Assembly (NCBI GenBank): GCA_040389345.1
Contig: JAZKAE010000023.1
Span: 1-42,905, forward strand
DNA: 42,905 nucleotides
Source of the DNA: Patescibacteria group bacterium
Lineage (GTDB): Bacteria; Patescibacteriota; Minisyncoccia; Phycocordibacterales; Zambryskibacteraceae
Direction: 5' to 3'
In this document: one piece after another, positions 40,656-42,905 of the stretch
How positions within the stretch are numbered: the stretch's first letter is position 1
Layout of the letters: each line of letters begins with the position of its first letter
Made by a program: the position numbers and the translations under genes
Notes under the pieces: model-generated
The model's database searches: none
What the model was told of the DNA's origin: nothing
Seen by the model: the letters and a program-made list of their open reading frames with translations, nothing else

Positions 40656-42822
40656 ATTTTTCTTTCTTCTTGAATCCTCGAGTTTTCTTTGGTTCCTTTA
40701 ATATTTCGAGAGCTCGGGCGAGGAGGATGGTATATACATCATCGGTCTTGAGGGACCTAAAGTCCTTTTCATGAACGATATAAGGGCCAAAGCGCCCAAT
40801 GCTTGCGGTGATCATCTCTCCTGTGTCGGGGTGCTTCCCGAGGGCGCGAGGGAGAGCCAGATAGTGCAGGGCATCTTCAACAGTCACCGAAGAAAGATCC
40901 TTTTCTTTGGGCACGGACGCTTTCTTGGCCTTTATTTTTTTCTTTTTATCATCTTCGCCAATCTGGACGAACGGACCAAAGCGCCCCGTCTTTAGATAAA
41001 TAGGGAGGCTGGTCTCTGGATCTGTGCCGATCGGCTTGTCTGGCTCGATCACGTCGCCGTTGATAGTGCGCGCTCCTATACAGTCGGGGAATCGCTCGCA
41101 GGAGAGGAACTTACCGCCGCGCCCGAGCTTCACGGTCATGTTCGAGCTGCAGATCGGACACAAGACGCCCACGGGTGCATCGCCGAGGTTCGTGGCTTTT
41201 GCAAGCTTGTCCTTGGACTTCACATCTTTTTGGAATGGCCCATAAAAATCTTCCAATGTCTTTTTGTATGTTCGCGAGCCGGTCGCAACTTCATCGAGTT
41301 TGTCTTCCATGTCCGCTGTGAACGAATCAGAAATATATTCAGCAAAATTGTTCTCGAGGAATGAGGACACGACTTCTCCCGTGTCAGTAGGGTGGAGGGC
41401 TTTTTGGATCTTCTCCACATATCCTCGCTCATCGATCGTTTTGATGATGGAAGCATACGTTGAAGGGCGGCCGATGCCTCGTTTCTCAAGCTCTTTGATG
41501 AGTCCGGCTTCAGAGTATCGTCCGGGCGGTTCGGTCTGTTTCTCCAAAGAATCAATCTTCAAAAGTGCGAGGGGGTCGCCGACCGAAAGCGAAGGCAAGA
41601 TAACATCTTCGCCCTGAGCGGCCGGATCGGCCTTGGTCCATCCATCAAAGAGAATGCGAGAGCCATTGAGCCAAAAGTCAGGAATTGAATTCTCCTTTAT
41701 ATTGGCTGAGACCTTGGTCCTCATCACCTTCGCATCTTTCATCTGGCTCGACACCGTCCTGCTCCAGATCAGGCTGTAGAGCTTCTTCTGCTCATCATTC
41801 ATACCTGCGCTCTCCTTGTCGAAGTGAGTTGGGCGGATAGCTTCGTGCGCTTCTTGGGCATTTTTGCTTTTCTTGGCAAAGGTATGAGCTTCAAAATAAT
41901 TGGCACCGAACTTTTGCTTTACCACCTTCTCGATCTCAGCCTTGGCTTGGACACCGAGGTTCGTCGAATCCGTGCGCATATAAGTGATGTGTCCGGCTTC
42001 ATAAAGCTTCTGAGCGACTTGCATCGTGCGCGATGGAGCGAACCCGAGTCGAGACGAAGCAGTCTGCTGAAGAGTCGAGGTGATGAATGGGGCGCGAGGG
42101 GCTCGAGACATCTCTGTCTCCTTTATATCTGTTACAGACCACGAACCGTTGTTCCCAAGATCGAGGATGCGATCCACTTCTTTTTTCTCTGTTGGCTCGA
42201 CCGAGCAGGCGAAGGCCAGTTCGTTCTTTTTCTGATCTTGTAAAAGCGCTGTGATGGTCCAGAAAGTAATGGGCAGGAATGCTCGGATCTCGCGCTCGCG
42301 CTCCATGATGATACGCAGGGCCGGGGACTGCACACGGCCGGCCGAGAGGCCGTAGCGGACCTTTTTCCAGATGAGGCCGGAGAGATCATAGCCGACGAGG
42401 CGGTCGAGTACTCGGCGGGCCTCCTGAGCCTCCTTGAGGTCCATGTCGATCTTGCGAGGATGTAAGAGAGCATCTTCAACAGCTTCTTTGGTGATCTCAT
42501 GAAAGACAATACGCTTGGGATCCTTGAGACCAATGGCTTCCTTGATGTGCCATGCGATCGCTTCTCCTTCGCGATCGGGGTCAGTCGCAAGTATTACCTC
42601 ATCAGCCTTCTTCGCTAGAGCTTTTATATCCTTGATGACCTGTTCTTTGCCTTTGGAGATCTCATAGTGAGGGATGAATCCACCCGGGATGTCGATCGCA
42701 GCTTTGTTTGATTTAGGGAGATCACGCACGTGACCAACAGATGCAACCACTCGAAAATCTTTCCCGAGATATTTCTCGATAGTTTTTGCTTTCGAAGGAG
42801 ACTCGACGATCAAAAGTTTCAT
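40654..42822 (-). CDS. topA: DNA topoisomerase I
   Basis: TOPRIM LLIVESPSKAKTIEKYLG and ATDPDREGEAI, catalytic ITYMRTDS, C-terminal zinc ribbon CPICSSNMTVKLGRGGKFLSCERFPDC. Start placed at MKLLIVE (ATG 42822). Confidence 0.96.
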   Translation of the reverse strand: MKLLIVESPSKAKTIEKYLGKDFRVVASVGHVRDLPKSNKAAIDIPGGFIPHYEISKGKEQVIKDIKALAKKADEVILATDPDREGEAIAWHIKEAIGLKDPKRIVFHEITKEAVEDALLHPRKIDMDLKEAQEARRVLDRLVGYDLSGLIWKKVRYGLSAGRVQSPALRIIMEREREIRAFLPITFWTITALLQDQKKNELAFACSVEPTEKKEVDRILDLGNNGSWSVTDIKETEMSRAPRAPFITSTLQQTASSRLGFAPSRTMQVAQKLYEAGHITYMRTDSTNLGVQAKAEIEKVVKQKFGANYFEAHTFAKKSKNAQEAHEAIRPTHFDKESAGMNDEQKKLYSLIWSRTVSSQMKDAKVMRTKVSANIKENSIPDFWLNGSRILFDGWTKADPAAQGEDVILPSLSVGDPLALLKIDSLEKQTEPPGRYSEAGLIKELEKRGIGRPSTYASIIKTIDERGYVEKIQKALHPTDTGEVVSSFLENNFAEYISDSFTADMEDKLDEVATGSRTYKKTLEDFYGPFQKDVKSKDKLAKATNLGDAPVGVLCPICSSNMTVKLGRGGKFLSCERFPDCIGARTINGDVIEPDKPIGTDPETSLPIYLKTGRFGPFVQIGEDDKKKKIKAKKASVPKEKDLSSVTVEDALHYLALPRALGKHPDTGEMITASIGRFGPYIVHEKDFRSLKTDDVYTILLARALEILKEPKKTRGFKKKEK

Positions 42823-42905
42823 CTCGTAACAAATACTATATATAGAATGTAAATGCAAACTTTGGTATAAAAAACTCGCCCGGAGGCGAACTAGGACTAT
42901 GTTGA

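Noticed and set aside
1-42905. CRISPR arrays, rRNA genes, IS elements, prophage genes and long direct repeats.
   Set aside because: None were seen on either strand. The only recurring short strings are terminator hairpins (for example CCCCAGCAGA(T/G)GGGG at about 15047 and 27517) and promoter boxes.

Overview
This 43-kb window comes from a compact, gene-dense bacterial chromosome. The backbone is AT-leaning, spacers are short, and almost every unit ends in a hairpin terminator. All calls rest on hand translation, hand folding and motif recognition; no database search was possible.

Backbone genes are housekeeping: trxB, ftsZ, ftsA, ybeY, rpsU, lepB, pth, rpsA, gyrA, rbfA, infB, a NifS/IscS-type cysteine desulfurase, clpB, rpmG, dedA, miaA, parB, a RelA/SpoT homologue and topA. 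There are nine tRNAs: Val-GAC, Leu-UAG, Lys-CUU, Gly-CCC, Cys-GCA, Leu-UAA, Tyr-GUA, Trp-CCA and Leu-CAA. A short IF-2, degenerate HisRS-like, MBL-like and HtrA-like proteins, a lone type IV pilin and tandem VirB2-like mini-proteins suggest a streamlined Patescibacteria/CPR-type organism. That assignment is inference only.

Between the core genes sit many one- or two-gene accessory cassettes. Each has its own TTGAC(A/T)-N16/17-TAnnnT promoter and terminator, and several are visibly GC-richer than the backbone.

Most notable observations:
1. An operon (21047-25183) encodes a small methyltransferase, an orphan membrane-anchored solute-binding protein and six diverged VirB2/TrbC-like mini-membrane proteins, with no secretion ATPase or channel gene nearby.
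2. A divergent gene pair (18961-21000) encodes a PD-(D/E)xK-like nuclease and an N-terminally extended EndoIII-like Fe-S glycosylase.
3. A unit of about 490 nt (14446-14971), bounded by a promoter and a terminator, is GC-rich and has no credible ORF. It is a candidate structured RNA and lies next to a secreted-protein gene with extreme G/C third positions.
4. Three in-frame TAA codons have the reading frame, and in two cases the recognisable domain, continuing past them: a matrixin-like protease, parB, and pilin-like paralogues 5/6.
5. Five -10 boxes lie only 6-7 nt from first-gene ATGs, and two ATGs lie 2-5 nt after tRNA 3' ends. Both patterns point to widespread leaderless translation.

No rRNA, CRISPR array, transposase or integrase was seen.
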